Source of the DNA: Sedimenticolaceae bacterium
Lineage (GTDB): Bacteria; Pseudomonadota; Gammaproteobacteria; Chromatiales; Chromatiaceae
Assembly (NCBI GenBank): GCA_050304615.1
Contig: JBNLDW010000002.1
Location: 1,630 to 65,629, forward strand
DNA: 64,000 nt
Direction: 5' to 3'
Shown: in pieces, positions 36,013 through 46,887 of the stretch
Numbering within the stretch: position 1 is the stretch's first letter
Layout: each line of letters begins with the position of its first letter
Program-made: the position numbers and the translations under genes
The notes under the pieces: generated by a model
The model's input: only the letters and a program-made list of their open reading frames with translations
Told to the model about the DNA's origin: nothing
Database searches by the model: none

Positions 36013-36285
36013 CTATTTGACCCCTTCCCACAAAGAGTGGTTGTCGGCCCATCTTAAACTCAACCAATACCACGCCGTCATAGCAACCATCATCGCAAAC
36101 CAACTCCAGCCATCAATAAGAAACACCGCTTTGACCCACTCGAGACCGGGAAATAGTGCAGGCCATGGAACGCAATAAACGGTAAATGCTATGCAGCCCC
36201 ACACTAGCCACAACGCGGCCTGCCTATTATCGATACTTGAGAATGCAAGGAAGACCCACAAAGGTGTATTTTCGTTTTTATCCAT
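36013..36285 (-). CDS. Hypothetical Trp-rich small membrane protein
   Basis: 90-aa ORF with 2-3 hydrophobic segments. Confidence 0.4.
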   Translation of the reverse strand: MDKNENTPLWVFLAFSSIDNRQAALWLVWGCIAFTVYCVPWPALFPGLEWVKAVFLIDGWSWFAMMVAMTAWYWLSLRWADNHSLWEGVK

Positions 36286-36406
36286 TACTATATGCCTCCA
36301 TTCTACCCATCACTAAATAGAGATCAAAACAAGCGGACAGCACTTGAAGCTCAATTGCATTAACCCCAACCAGATAGATCTTGCTGGTTATTAAAATCCA
36401 CTAGAA

Positions 36407-36985
36407 CTAACAAATCTGGTTTAATTTTGCATACTGGAGAAGCATGATCGTTTTTCCATCTTTAATCTCTCCCGAGGCAATCATGGCGTAGGCTTCATTA
36501 AAATCGACCTCTAATACCTCAATATCTTCATGCTCATGCTCTAAACCACCTCCGGCAGAAACCCTCATTTCATCTGTATACTCAGCCACAAACAGGCTAA
36601 TTACTTCTGTAACTGCGCCTGGCGACATGTAGGCTTCAAATATTTTTCTGACTTTATCTATCTTGTAGCCCGTCTCCTCTTCTACCTCCTTTTTAATACA
36701 CTCTTCTGGACTGTCTCCCTCCAGCAATCCGGCACATGCCTCGACCATCATGCCATCAGTGTTACCATTCACAAACGTAGGCATCCTGAATTGACGAGTC
36801 AAAATAACACTGCCCTTACGGCTATTATAAAGAAGTATCGCCGCCCCATTACCACGGTCGTAGACCTCACGTTGTTGCCGCTCCCACTCGCCATCAGACC
36901 TTTGATAATCAAATGAATATTTATTTAGCGTGTACCAACTATCCGACAACACCGTTTTTTTAATATTTTTTACTTTGATCTTCAT
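36407..36985 (-). CDS. nudK: GDP-mannose pyrophosphatase (Nudix hydrolase)
   Basis: Collinear with E. coli NudK as I remember it: [24 protein letters not shown], Nudix box [34 protein letters not shown]. Start trimmed to 36985. Confidence 0.8.
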   Translation of the reverse strand: MKIKVKNIKKTVLSDSWYTLNKYSFDYQRSDGEWERQQREVYDRGNGAAILLYNSRKGSVILTRQFRMPTFVNGNTDGMMVEACAGLLEGDSPEECIKKEVEEETGYKIDKVRKIFEAYMSPGAVTEVISLFVAEYTDEMRVSAGGGLEHEHEDIEVLEVDFNEAYAMIASGEIKDGKTIMLLQYAKLNQIC

Positions 36986-37082
36986 ACATTCTCTTTGTAC
37001 GTGTAACGCCAAGCTAATTGGCACTCGCATGCACGCCTAAGCAAGATATGAGCATTGCTGAACTTCTGGTTAAGCTTCTCTT

Positions 37083-37547
37083 TCATTCCCTACGTGATTT
37101 CCCAGAAACATCACTAACAACCATCTTAAACGCACGAGTTTTATCGGTTAGTGCATCTATATACCTCGCGCCGCTTTCAATAAACTTAGATGAATATTTC
37201 TCTAACATTCCTTCAAGTGCTGCCTGCTTTTCGTCACTAAACACTTCGATGGCTTTGCCTGAAACAATGGTACTTTCATACTTCGTTCCGAACTTTGATG
37301 GCAACACCTCGGTTTTACCAACAACACAAAAAGAGACGGATCTATTCTTTTCTAGATTATCTATTTTCCTCCCCTCCATTGCGCAGTGAAAGTAGATATG
37401 GCCATCCATGACACAGAAACTTAATGGGACACCATAAGGCAGCGCTTCCTGCGAGGCAGTTGAAAGAACACCGTATTCAGCGCTACCCAAGATAGATAGT
37501 GCTTCATCTTCCGGTATCTCTCTGTCTTTTCTCCTAAGCTCTTGCAT
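37083..37547 (-). CDS. Pyridoxamine 5'-phosphate oxidase family (NimA-like) flavoprotein
   Basis: MQELRRKDREI.....L.....G.LS......PYGVPLSF....G.IYFH.A..G.K pattern. Confidence 0.7.
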   Translation of the reverse strand: MQELRRKDREIPEDEALSILGSAEYGVLSTASQEALPYGVPLSFCVMDGHIYFHCAMEGRKIDNLEKNRSVSFCVVGKTEVLPSKFGTKYESTIVSGKAIEVFSDEKQAALEGMLEKYSSKFIESGARYIDALTDKTRAFKMVVSDVSGKSRRE

Positions 37548-37663
37548 TGGCCCATTTAGTCTTGTTCACTGAACTTAACACGATAATCAATAAATAGAGT
37601 TACTTGTTTGTCATTCTTTTGCCTATTGTTTTAAACATATGTTTCCTTATTTGGGCGGCATAG

Positions 37664-38056
37664 CTACCATGCTCTTTGCATTGCACCGGCAGGTAGAATC
37701 ATTGCAGTAATCAGGCCTATCGCGACCAGGCCAAAGAAAGTACCTAACATACGATTTTGTTTGTTCCCTTTTGAATAAGCCAGCAGCATAAAAGCTGCGC
37801 CAGCATTTGAAACTGTGCCCATCCATGTGACGCCCCAAGGGAAGAGACCAGCTTCCGCAGCTGGAATACCGAAGGCGTAACCAACGAGCAATGCAGTGAT
37901 TGCAATGCCATACAATCGAAAGAATATGGATGAAGGCGCGTTGATATTTACTGATTGCTCTAGCTTGGTTTTTGGGAGCAGCAGGAACGGCACAGCGACT
38001 AAGGCGCCAGTTACGAATATCTTTGTAATTAGAAGTAACGACAGCCAAGTCATTGT
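37664..38056 (-). CDS. Hypothetical 4-TM membrane protein
   Basis: Hydrophobic ORF. Start uncertain: 38056 or 38104. Confidence 0.45.
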   Translation of the reverse strand, partial: TMTWLSLLLITKIFVTGALVAVPFLLLPKTKLEQSVNINAPSSIFFRLYGIAITALLVGYAFGIPAAEAGLFPWGVTWMGTVSNAGAAFMLLAYSKGNKQNRMLGTFFGLVAIGLITAMILPAGAMQRAW

Positions 38057-38364
38057 GTAACTCCAATTTATGATGCCCAACAGGTAATTATTTAGACGGC
38101 ACAAAATATGTGGTATACCGCATCGGTAATAACCAACACTTAAGATTAAGCTAAGGATGATTTCCTTTGGAGGGAGCGCATCCTGTCATATTTTGATATT
38201 CCCTACTATGTAGCCGAGAGTATCAGACGAAGGGACAGTAAAAAAGATCAGCCAGATGCTCATTATCTGCTGTCAGCCGCCACGCCAGACGGCTGCTGCT
38301 TCATTAATTTATCATTATTTGCTAATATATACCTCTTTTGCCCGACCACCCCCCTGAGGTATCG

Positions 38365-39894
38365 ATGTTTTCCAATTTTGAGTGTACTGACCGCGGCTGT
38401 CCCAAGAATGACATCCTCTCCGGACTTACTGTAGCGCTGGCGCTGGTGCCAGAGGCGGTGGCCTTTGCCTTTGTTGCAGGAGTAGAACCACTGGTGGGGC
38501 TCTACGCTGCCTTTATGGTGGGATTGATCACCGCAGTCGTCGGCGGGCGTCCCGGTATGATCTCTGGGGCTACCGGCGCCCTGGCCGTAGTGATGGTGGC
38601 CCTGGTGGCCCAGCACGGCGTCGAATACCTATTTGCTACTGTCGTCCTAATGGGACTTATCCAGATAATAGTGGGGATACTGCGGCTGGGGAAATTCATC
38701 CGCATGGTGCCACATCCGGTGATGTTGGGCTTTGTAAACGGGCTAGCGATTGTCATCTTCCTTGCCCAACTCAACAGCTTCCAAATTATAGACGCTAACG
38801 GACAGACGCAGTGGCTACAGGGGAACGCCCTCTGGACCATGTTGGGATTCGTAGCCCTGACCATGGCCATCATCCACCTCCTGCCGAAACTGACCAAGGC
38901 GATCCCATCCTCACTAGCGGCCATTGTCACCGTAACTCTGGTAGTCATAGGTCTGGGCATGGATAGCCGCACCGTGGGTGATCTGGCATCTATCGCCGGC
39001 GGATTCCCGCAGTTACACATCCCCATGGTGCCACTCAACTGGGATACCCTGACGATCATCTTCCCCTACTCCGTAATCCTGGCCGCCATTGGCCTGATTG
39101 AATCACTACTTACCCTAAGCCTTATAGATGAGATCACAGACACTCGCGGCAATGGCAACCGGGAGTGTGTCGGTCAGGGCGTAGCCAATACGGTAACCGG
39201 ATTCTTTGGCGGCATGGGCGGCTGCGCCATGATCGGGCAGAGCATGATCAATGTAAACTCCGGTGGACGGGGCCGACTCTCTGGTATCTCCGCCGCCCTG
39301 TTTCTGCTGATATTCATTCTGTTTGCATCCGGCCTGATCGAGATGATCCCGCTGGCCGCCTTGACCGGCGTCATGTTCATGGTAGTGATCGGCACCTTCG
39401 AGTGGTCTAGCCTGCGCATCATGGGCAAGATCCCCCGCGCCGACGCCTTTGTGCTGATCTTGGTATCCGGCGTCACCGTCGCCACCGACTTGGCCATTGC
39501 AGTGGTTGTAGGCATCATCGTCTCCGCCTTGGTATTTGCCTGGGAGCACGCCAAACTGATCAGGGTAAGGACATACAATGGAAAGATGGAATCCAAGGTC
39601 TATGAGCTGCATGGCCCCCTGTTCTTTGCCTCGGTCAACAACTTCCATGAGCTGTTTGATCCTAAGAACGACCCGGATGATGTAGTGGTAGAGTTCCAGC
39701 ATTCGCGGGTAATGGACCACTCGGCCATTGAGGCCATTGACACCCTGGCCGAACGCTATCTGCACGCTGGGAAACGGTTACACCTGCGCCATGTGAGCGC
39801 AGAGTGTCGCCAGCTGCTAACCAAGGCAGGGGATCTGGTCGAGGTAAATGTGATCGAAGACCCGCGCTACCGGGTTGCAGTGGATACGGTGTAA
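38365..39894 (+). CDS. SulP family inorganic anion transporter with C-terminal STAS domain
   Basis: [25 protein letters not shown]. Multi-TM core and a STAS-like tail (YEL.GPLFFAS...F). The ATG at 38365 is preceded by gaggt. Confidence 0.88.
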   Translation: MFSNFECTDRGCPKNDILSGLTVALALVPEAVAFAFVAGVEPLVGLYAAFMVGLITAVVGGRPGMISGATGALAVVMVALVAQHGVEYLFATVVLMGLIQIIVGILRLGKFIRMVPHPVMLGFVNGLAIVIFLAQLNSFQIIDANGQTQWLQGNALWTMLGFVALTMAIIHLLPKLTKAIPSSLAAIVTVTLVVIGLGMDSRTVGDLASIAGGFPQLHIPMVPLNWDTLTIIFPYSVILAAIGLIESLLTLSLIDEITDTRGNGNRECVGQGVANTVTGFFGGMGGCAMIGQSMINVNSGGRGRLSGISAALFLLIFILFASGLIEMIPLAALTGVMFMVVIGTFEWSSLRIMGKIPRADAFVLILVSGVTVATDLAIAVVVGIIVSALVFAWEHAKLIRVRTYNGKMESKVYELHGPLFFASVNNFHELFDPKNDPDDVVVEFQHSRVMDHSAIEAIDTLAERYLHAGKRLHLRHVSAECRQLLTKAGDLVEVNVIEDPRYRVAVDTV

Positions 39895-39965
39895 TAGCCA
39901 GCAGCCAGCTATCTGGGTAAAATGCCTTACCTGCAACCCTTAACCAAGCACAATGGAGTAAAATC

Positions 39966-40394
39966 ATGGCGCTCGAACGCACCTTTTCCATCATTAAACC
40001 AGATGCCATTGCCAAGAATGTAATCGGCAAGATCTACAGCCGCTTTGAGGACAACGGCCTCAGGATAATCGCATCCAAGATGCTGCATCTAAGCCGTGAT
40101 CAGGCCGAGGGCTTTTATGCGGTACACAAGGAGCGTCCATTTTTCCAGGAGCTGTGCGATTTCATGACCTCCGGCCCAGTAATGGTCCAGGTGCTGGAGG
40201 GTGAGAATGCCATCGCCAAAAACCGCGAGATCATGGGAGCCACCAACCCCCAGGATGCGGCTGCAGGGACCATCCGCGCCGACTTCGCCCAGACCGTAGA
40301 CGAAAACGCGGTGCACGGCTCCGATGCTCCGGAAACAGCGGCCGTTGAGATCGCATTTTTCTTCCCTGAAGGTGTGTGCGAACGTACCCGCTAA
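39966..40394 (+). CDS. ndk: Nucleoside diphosphate kinase
   Basis: [14 protein letters not shown]...NVIG.I..RFE..GL, NAVHGSD. Confidence 0.95.
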   Translation: MALERTFSIIKPDAIAKNVIGKIYSRFEDNGLRIIASKMLHLSRDQAEGFYAVHKERPFFQELCDFMTSGPVMVQVLEGENAIAKNREIMGATNPQDAAAGTIRADFAQTVDENAVHGSDAPETAAVEIAFFFPEGVCERTR

Positions 40395-40452
40395 TCGGAC
40401 TTCCTTTTTAACCACACAATGATCGCGCTCGTCCGACCATGTTGTTTTGTTG

Positions 40453-41058
40453 CTATGCAAAGCTATCTTTGATTACAACATCGTTAAGATCGAGCTGCCC
40501 AGGTCGTGGCCACGCCGGTTTTGTGCCCTTGCCAATTGCTACAAACATTGCAATTACATGGTCAGCTGGCAAGTTGATAAGTTTAGCCACTTTTTCAAAA
40601 TCGAAACCATCCATTGGGCAAGAATCGTATCCCATTGATTTAGCGGAAAGCATTAATGTCTGTGCTGCTATACCGCAAGATCGCATAGCCTCATCTCTTT
40701 GAACCTGGTCTTTGCCTCGATAGTAATCATCAATCGCTGGAAGGATAAATTCTCGAACTTCTTCTGGTGCATTAATCCAATATCGATCAGGTCTCTTCTC
40801 CCATGATTTCATATCTGCACAGAGAATAATGAACAAAGACGCGTCTGTTACTTGTGCTTGATCCCAAGCCACTTCCCTGATCTGTTGCCGTAACCCTGCA
40901 TCAGTCACCACAACAAAACGCCAGTTTTGAATATTGAATGCAGTAGGAGAGAGAATGGCTAAAGACAGAAGCTCATTTACCTCCTCAGGCGTCATGCTAT
41001 AGTTTGCGTCATAGTGTTTTACGGCCCGTCGTGTTTCTATCGCCTGTTTTGTATCCAT
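40453..41058 (-). CDS. NAD(P)H nitroreductase family protein
   Basis: AIETRR.VK.Y........E....L...A.L.P.AFN.Q.WRF.VV. Start trimmed to the ATG at 41058, with ggagtga upstream. Confidence 0.8.
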   Translation of the reverse strand: MDTKQAIETRRAVKHYDANYSMTPEEVNELLSLAILSPTAFNIQNWRFVVVTDAGLRQQIREVAWDQAQVTDASLFIILCADMKSWEKRPDRYWINAPEEVREFILPAIDDYYRGKDQVQRDEAMRSCGIAAQTLMLSAKSMGYDSCPMDGFDFEKVAKLINLPADHVIAMFVAIGKGTKPAWPRPGQLDLNDVVIKDSFA

Positions 41059-41394
41059 AAATTTCACTCCTTCGTGTTTTTGTTCAATAACACATAATAT
41101 AAACTCACCAAGTGGCAACTTTCCACTGCCAGGACTGCTATTTGCGTGTCGGAACCGAGCCATATGGGTGAAAAGATACGTCTGGATAATCGCCCATGGG
41201 CTAGGCTACTACGAAACAATGCACCCAAACAATCTCCCTGGTAATCAGACCACCATGGCACAAATTCCTTGAAGTTCATGGCTCTGAATAATTCACAACA
41301 ATGATATATGACTAAGATATTTCACCCTAGACTTACCTAGTATGGGCGTCTATCCTTTCTAGCACGCACTTCATGTCAACAAGGATGCTCGTCC

Positions 41395-42513
41395 ATGGGT
41401 CTATTCAGCAAAACGGTCTTGGCCGAGATCAAGGATGAATTCAAGGCAGTCGATGAGATACGCCAGCAGCTTGAACCGGCAGATCTGAAGGCAGTATTGC
41501 TATTCGTTTCCGTCGACTACAACTTAGGCGACCTCGCTAAGGCACTGAAAGATGCCTTTACAGTCCCGGTCTTCGGTTGTACTACTGCTGGCCATATCGG
41601 CCCAGGTGGCTATCGACAGCGCGGACTGCAGGCAACAGGCATATACGGTAGTTCAATATCAGTTAAAATTGAGGTTATCCAGCCACTGGAGCAATGTCAG
41701 GCGATAGTCTCTGCCCTTGGTAAACAGATAGACCCTATCCCGCTAAATAGCGACAGACATAGATTCGGACTACTGTTAGTGGATGGCCTTTCTAGAATGG
41801 AGGAACGGCTAACAGCATCGATACATCACTGCTTCCCAGACATACCATTGATCGGCGGATCAGCTGGAGATGACCTTTCATTTCAATCTACCTATATCTT
41901 CGCCAACGGCCAGTTTATATCCAATGCAGCGGTATTGGCCCTGTTCGAAACAGACGCGCCCTTCGCGGCGTTCAAATTCCAGCATTTTGTTCCAACAGAG
42001 GAGCTATTGGTAGTAACAGATGCTGATGTTGACACACGTACAGTAAAGGAATTCAACGGTGAACAAGCCGCTCTAGTATATGCAAAACGATTAGGGCTTG
42101 CTGTCGATGATTTGTCTCCGGACGTATACTCACGTTTTCCGGTAATGATGAAATTGGGTGCGGATTATTACGTCCGCTCTATTCAGCAGTGCAACGACGA
42201 CCTAAGCCTGACCTTCTATTGCGCCATTGCCTCGGGCATTGTGTTGCGCCTTGGGAACGCGGTCAACCCCATGGAGACAGCAGAAAAGGCGTTTGCTGAC
42301 ATCAAAAGACTGGTTCCCACCCTAAGCCTGATCATAGGATGCGACTGCATATTGCGTCGTTTAGAATTTGAAGGCACTAATCTAAGTGAGCAGATTGGAG
42401 AGCTGCTATCAGCAAACAAGGTGGTCGGTTTTAGTACCTATGGTGAACAGTTCAACGCACTACATATGAACCAGACATTCACTGGCCTTGCGATCGGAGA
42501 ATATAATGAGTGA
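41395..42513 (+). CDS. FIST (N+C) sensory domain protein
   Basis: ...FGCTTAG.I, GGSAGD, STYGEQ......HMNQT pattern typical of FIST_N/FIST_C. Confidence 0.7.
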   Translation: MGLFSKTVLAEIKDEFKAVDEIRQQLEPADLKAVLLFVSVDYNLGDLAKALKDAFTVPVFGCTTAGHIGPGGYRQRGLQATGIYGSSISVKIEVIQPLEQCQAIVSALGKQIDPIPLNSDRHRFGLLLVDGLSRMEERLTASIHHCFPDIPLIGGSAGDDLSFQSTYIFANGQFISNAAVLALFETDAPFAAFKFQHFVPTEELLVVTDADVDTRTVKEFNGEQAALVYAKRLGLAVDDLSPDVYSRFPVMMKLGADYYVRSIQQCNDDLSLTFYCAIASGIVLRLGNAVNPMETAEKAFADIKRLVPTLSLIIGCDCILRRLEFEGTNLSEQIGELLSANKVVGFSTYGEQFNALHMNQTFTGLAIGEYNE

Positions 42514-43510
42514 GAAAGTTAAGGAGCTAAAGCATCAACTCAAGGCTCAGAACAAAACTATTCGAGTGTTATCGGAACGGCTGGAACAACAGATATCCGA
42601 CGATATTACCGGATTTGCGCTGTTTGAACAGAATATTTCATTAGAAAACGTTGTTTCTGCACGCACCCAAGAGCTAGAACGCACCCTGTCAGAACTAAAG
42701 GCAGCCCAGGCAGAACTGCTTCATGCGCAAAAGCAACAGGCCATTGGCCAGTTAGCATCAGGCATAGCACACGAGATCAACACACCGATCCAATACGTGG
42801 GAGATAATATAAAGTTTTTAACTGACTCTTTTGACGAACTACTCCAAACCATAATGTCATGTAAAAGTATGGCTACAGAAGGGAATGATACTGAAGATAT
42901 GGATTACCTTATAAAAGAGGTGCCTCGAGCCCTTAAAGAGAGCGCAGAGGGGGTTGCATATATAGCCAGCATTGTTAGCGCAATGAAGGAGTTCGCCCAT
43001 CCCAGCGGCGATGCTATGCAGCAGATAGATATACATCAACTTATTCAGACAACCATTGCAATATCTCGTAACGAATGGAAACACTCCGCAAATCTAGAGA
43101 CCAATTTCGACCCGGAGCTACCGCCAGTCGATGGCCTTAAGGATGAGCTAGGCCAGGTCTTGCTTAATCTTATAGTAAACGCCGCTCACGCCATTGAAGA
43201 TAACAAAGAGCTGGGTGAGTCGGAGGGGATGATCCGCATCACCACCAGACGTGATAGTGACTGGATCGAAATCCAGGTTGAAGATAACGGTTGCGGCATA
43301 CCAGAGGCACTACGCCAAAAGATATTTGAGCCTTTCTTTACTACCAAAGATGTTGGGCGTGGCTCTGGACAGGGGTTAGCTATCGTGTACAGCATAGTAA
43401 CTGACAAGCATCACGGAAAACTGAGCGTTCAATCAGAACAGGGGAAAGGTTCTATTTTCATTGTGCGCGTGCCTTTGGTAAACACAAAAGCTGAGGCCGC
43501 CTCGCATTAA
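42506..43510 (+). CDS. Cytoplasmic histidine kinase (coiled coil + HisKA-like + HATPase_c)
   Basis: H-box GIAHEINTPIQY, N-box LLNLIVNAAHAI, G1 VEDNGCGIP, G2 GSGQGLAI. The start overlaps the FIST stop (ATGAGTGA). Confidence 0.85.
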   Translation: MSEKVKELKHQLKAQNKTIRVLSERLEQQISDDITGFALFEQNISLENVVSARTQELERTLSELKAAQAELLHAQKQQAIGQLASGIAHEINTPIQYVGDNIKFLTDSFDELLQTIMSCKSMATEGNDTEDMDYLIKEVPRALKESAEGVAYIASIVSAMKEFAHPSGDAMQQIDIHQLIQTTIAISRNEWKHSANLETNFDPELPPVDGLKDELGQVLLNLIVNAAHAIEDNKELGESEGMIRITTRRDSDWIEIQVEDNGCGIPEALRQKIFEPFFTTKDVGRGSGQGLAIVYSIVTDKHHGKLSVQSEQGKGSIFIVRVPLVNTKAEAASH

Positions 43511-43882
43511 AGCAATTAAAAGAGGTTATTTTAATACCCTAGCAAAGCCTTTTTCCTATACAGTCAAAGCCCCCCTAGTCAAGAAGATGCGTCCACACAA
43601 TCGCCCCGGGTGACCGTACTTCTTTAGTGCGCGAAAAAATGGCTAGAGGCCAGCACAATTTAGCGACAATAGTACAGAGCGCGCCCCTTCAGTACACGTG
43701 AATGTTTTGCTGGAGAGGGATGAAAACGGCTTGAATCATGCCTATACTCAGGATGTATATATGGAAGCACGATCGGCAGCTTGATCAAACCTAACGTTAG
43801 GGACGCCATTCTACTTCCGCTCAATCCAAATCACTAGCGAGGCCATGTGTTACTAAATGAAGGCAGTTACAGTAGTACAGGA

Positions 43883-45520
43883 ATGGACGATTTATTTGCC
43901 AGCCTGCGCTATCTGATTATCGATGATTTTGAGCAAATGCGTGTCTCCTTCAAGGGGATGCTGACGAGCTTTGGTGCCGAAAACATTGATACCTGCCAAA
44001 CTGGCGAGCTAGGCATGAAAGCACTCTCCACAAATAGTTACGATGTGGTGATATGTGACTACAACCTTGGGGACGGCAAGGATGGACAGCAGGTATTAGA
44101 AGAGGCACGCTACCTGGGCTATCTGGGCCACGCTTGCAGCTTTTTTATGATCACGGCTGAGAGCAATATGCCGATGGTACTCGGCGCATTGGAACAGCAA
44201 CCTGACGAATATATGGTCAAGCCTATAAACACAGACGCACTACAACACCGCCTCGCAAATACACTGAAACGCAAACAACAACTCAAGGCAGTTGACCAGG
44301 CGCTGATGGAAGGAGACAAAACAAGTGCCATTGATCATTGCCAGGAGCAACGGGGCAAAGATCCTAAAAAGAATTTATATTTGGGAAAACTACAGGCCGA
44401 ACTTTGCATCGATCTTGAGCGTTATGATGAGGCGGAAGTGATTTATAAAGAAGTGTTAAAGATTCGCGGCTTTCCATGGGCGACCTTTGCTTTAGCCAAA
44501 ATCGAATTTTTTCGTAAAAACCTAGTGACCGCAGAGCGCCACTTTCGTGATTTAATTAAGGAGAATGAACACTATGTTGAGGCCTATGATTGGCTGGCAA
44601 TGGTATTGAATGAGAGGGGTGAAACAAAAGAGTCCCAAGAATTACTCCAGCAGGCGGTCAAACTCTCTCCGAAAACGGTCAGTAGACAGCGTAAACTTGG
44701 TGAGCTGGCAGTAAAACATGATGATTTCAAAACAGCTGAGCGCGCTTATCAGGCGGCCGTCCGCTGGGGAGAATACTCCTGTTTTTCCAGCGCTGATGAG
44801 TACCGTCAGCTGACTGATATTTATCTTAAAGGCGGCCAAAATCAAAAGGCGCTCAGACTGCTGGCCGATGGACGTAAGCGATTTAACGGGCGTCCCTCAG
44901 AAGAGATTCAAGTACTGAGCAAGCAGGCCCGAGCTAAACTACTTATCAAAAAGAATGATGATATTGATACCTACCTGAAAAAGATTGATCAGTTAGTCAA
45001 TGCGCACAAGGGTGTAATCGCCGCCGAGGATTTATTAGTCGTCGCCGATGACCTATTTAAGGTTTTTCGGCATGATGAGGCAAAGGCATTGTTGGACGTA
45101 CTACTGTGCAATCACCATGATGACGACAAATGGACAGATCGGGTGCGCCGACTTATGAAGCAACACAACAGAGAAGATGAGGCTGACGCCCTGATCAATA
45201 ATAGCCGTGGCAAATTAAAAAAGATTCATGCCGAGTGCGCTTCACTTTTAGAAGGCGACAACATGGAAAAGGCAATAACCATGTTGAATGAAACCGTTGA
45301 TGAATATCCGGCCAACAGGACACTCGCACTCATGTCGGTCAACGCCATGATTGATTACATGCGAGAACACGGGGTGGACAAAGACCTCCACTTCAAGTGT
45401 CGCTACTCGCTAAATCAGTTATTGGTGAAAAACCCACAGGATACTACTGCTGAGGAGCATCTTCGCATGCTATCTCAACTGTCGACCCAACGAAAAAAGG
45501 AGTATTCAGTTGCAGAATAA
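43883..45520 (+). CDS. Response-regulator receiver domain fused to a long TPR-like helical domain
   Basis: REC motifs: IIDDF, VICDYNLGDGKDG (phospho-acceptor Asp context), MITA, KP. Then about 420 aa of helical repeats. Start at 43883, or the GTG at 43847. Confidence 0.8.
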   Translation: MDDLFASLRYLIIDDFEQMRVSFKGMLTSFGAENIDTCQTGELGMKALSTNSYDVVICDYNLGDGKDGQQVLEEARYLGYLGHACSFFMITAESNMPMVLGALEQQPDEYMVKPINTDALQHRLANTLKRKQQLKAVDQALMEGDKTSAIDHCQEQRGKDPKKNLYLGKLQAELCIDLERYDEAEVIYKEVLKIRGFPWATFALAKIEFFRKNLVTAERHFRDLIKENEHYVEAYDWLAMVLNERGETKESQELLQQAVKLSPKTVSRQRKLGELAVKHDDFKTAERAYQAAVRWGEYSCFSSADEYRQLTDIYLKGGQNQKALRLLADGRKRFNGRPSEEIQVLSKQARAKLLIKKNDDIDTYLKKIDQLVNAHKGVIAAEDLLVVADDLFKVFRHDEAKALLDVLLCNHHDDDKWTDRVRRLMKQHNREDEADALINNSRGKLKKIHAECASLLEGDNMEKAITMLNETVDEYPANRTLALMSVNAMIDYMREHGVDKDLHFKCRYSLNQLLVKNPQDTTAEEHLRMLSQLSTQRKKEYSVAE

Positions 45521-46214
45521 TAAACTGAAAGAAGCTAAATTATGCCTGACCCCGGCCTTCGCCATGGTCTCCCATGACATTAAAAACTCCCTCGGTATTT
45601 TACTGAAGCATATCGGCGCGATCTCGGAACAGTGCAATGTTGAGGTGGGCGGCATAAAGCAAGAGTGCGCAAACATGGAGTATGAGGTCAGACGCATTAA
45701 CAGTAATCTGGTAAAGATGCTTACCCTATTTAAGGTCGAAGAAGGTAACTACATGCTAAATGTTGACGCCCATTCCATGAGCGAGTTTCTCGAAGAAAGC
45801 ATGCTGGAACATGGTGATCTTGCCAAGCAAAAAGGGATTGGTTATGAGATTGATTGTAGTGAAGAGCTGTATTGGTATTTTGACCGAAACCTGATGAGCG
45901 GAGTGGTGAGCAACGCCATCAACAACGCCATGCGTTACACCAATGATTGGCTGAGGATTTCGGCACAAACCACGAATGAGGGACTAGCAATTACCGTAGA
46001 GGATAACGGCGATGGCTTTCCCAAATCGATGCTAGAAAAACAGGGAGAGTTTTTTCGTCCAGAATCTGGGTTTCTCAATAACAATACCGGCCTTGGTCTC
46101 TATTTCACGCAGGTGGTGCTAGATCTTCACCAGCACGATGACAAACAGGGAAAGGTGACGCTCTCCAACGGAGGAGTACTGGGGGGCGGTAGTTGCAGTA
46201 TCCTGCTACCGTGA
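45510..46214 (+). CDS. Sensor-less histidine kinase-like protein
   Basis: H-box MVSHDIKNSL, N-box VSNAINNAMRY, VEDNGDGFP, NTGLGLYF. TTG start after aaaggag, overlapping the upstream stop. An alternative ATG is at 45564. Confidence 0.7.
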   Translation: MQNNKLKEAKLCLTPAFAMVSHDIKNSLGILLKHIGAISEQCNVEVGGIKQECANMEYEVRRINSNLVKMLTLFKVEEGNYMLNVDAHSMSEFLEESMLEHGDLAKQKGIGYEIDCSEELYWYFDRNLMSGVVSNAINNAMRYTNDWLRISAQTTNEGLAITVEDNGDGFPKSMLEKQGEFFRPESGFLNNNTGLGLYFTQVVLDLHQHDDKQGKVTLSNGGVLGGGSCSILLP

Positions 46215-46251
46215 TCGTTGATCAGTTTCGCAGCATATCCAACCCGGATCT

Positions 46252-46362
46252 TTTCTCTTGCCCCTGTATATTAGCTGCGAGCCTATTTCCTTTACTTGTC
46301 TAAAAGAAAATAGGCGAAAGAAAAAGACACTCCACGACTTGCCCTTCGGGTAGAGGGAACGC
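46252..46362 (+). repeat. Hairpin-containing intergenic repeat, member B (related to 1663-1773)
   Basis: See member A. The stem gcctatttcc.../...gaaaataggc replaces gtccctttc.../...gaaagggac. Confidence 0.7.
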
Positions 46363-46366
46363 AGAT

Positions 46367-46876
46367 CTAAACCCCACCCCCCCGGTGTACTATTTCATAA
46401 TAGAGCTTCTCCAACTCTGTTTTGTGCTGGGTCTCTTCGTCAGCCAGAAAGCTGAATAGATCCTTGATCGGGCCAGGACTGGTTGACTCTGCCAGGGCAC
46501 GGTACTGCTCCATGGCGATCTGTTCGCGCCCCAAGGCATACTGCAACACCGCCTGATCATCTACCGTATCTCCCAGTTCAGGTAGCTGAATCGCATCGGA
46601 AAAGTGGCTGTCACTGGCCGGGGTCTCGACCAACCCCTTGAGCTGCTCCTCAAGGTCAGGACGGGCGCGGAGCTCGGTAAACAACGTAAAGTGGCGCTGC
46701 TCCTCCTCCGCTAGCTCTTCCGCTAGGTAACGCATCTGTTTGTTTACCTGCGGTGCCAGAGCAACATAAAAGTCGCGGGCGGTACGCTCAAACTCAATAG
46801 CCACCTCCAAGATCTCGGCCAGAGTTTTCTTGGACCGCAGCTTGTTGTAACCATTGGATGCGCCTTCATCGCTCAT
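46367..46876 (-). CDS. Ferritin-like / rubrerythrin-like di-iron-type four-helix protein
   Basis: Two E...E..H-type segments: AIEFERTARDFY...EEEQRH and ALGREQIAMEQY...DEETQH. Lies 11 nt after the preceding gene. Confidence 0.6.
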   Translation of the reverse strand: MSDEGASNGYNKLRSKKTLAEILEVAIEFERTARDFYVALAPQVNKQMRYLAEELAEEEQRHFTLFTELRARPDLEEQLKGLVETPASDSHFSDAIQLPELGDTVDDQAVLQYALGREQIAMEQYRALAESTSPGPIKDLFSFLADEETQHKTELEKLYYEIVHRGGGV

Positions 46877-46887
46877 GCCGTACCCTC

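Noticed and set aside
38502-39765. Minus-strand ORFs of 185, 216 and 140 aa inside the sulP gene
   Set aside because: They are antisense to a well-supported SulP frame and are GC-rich frame artefacts.
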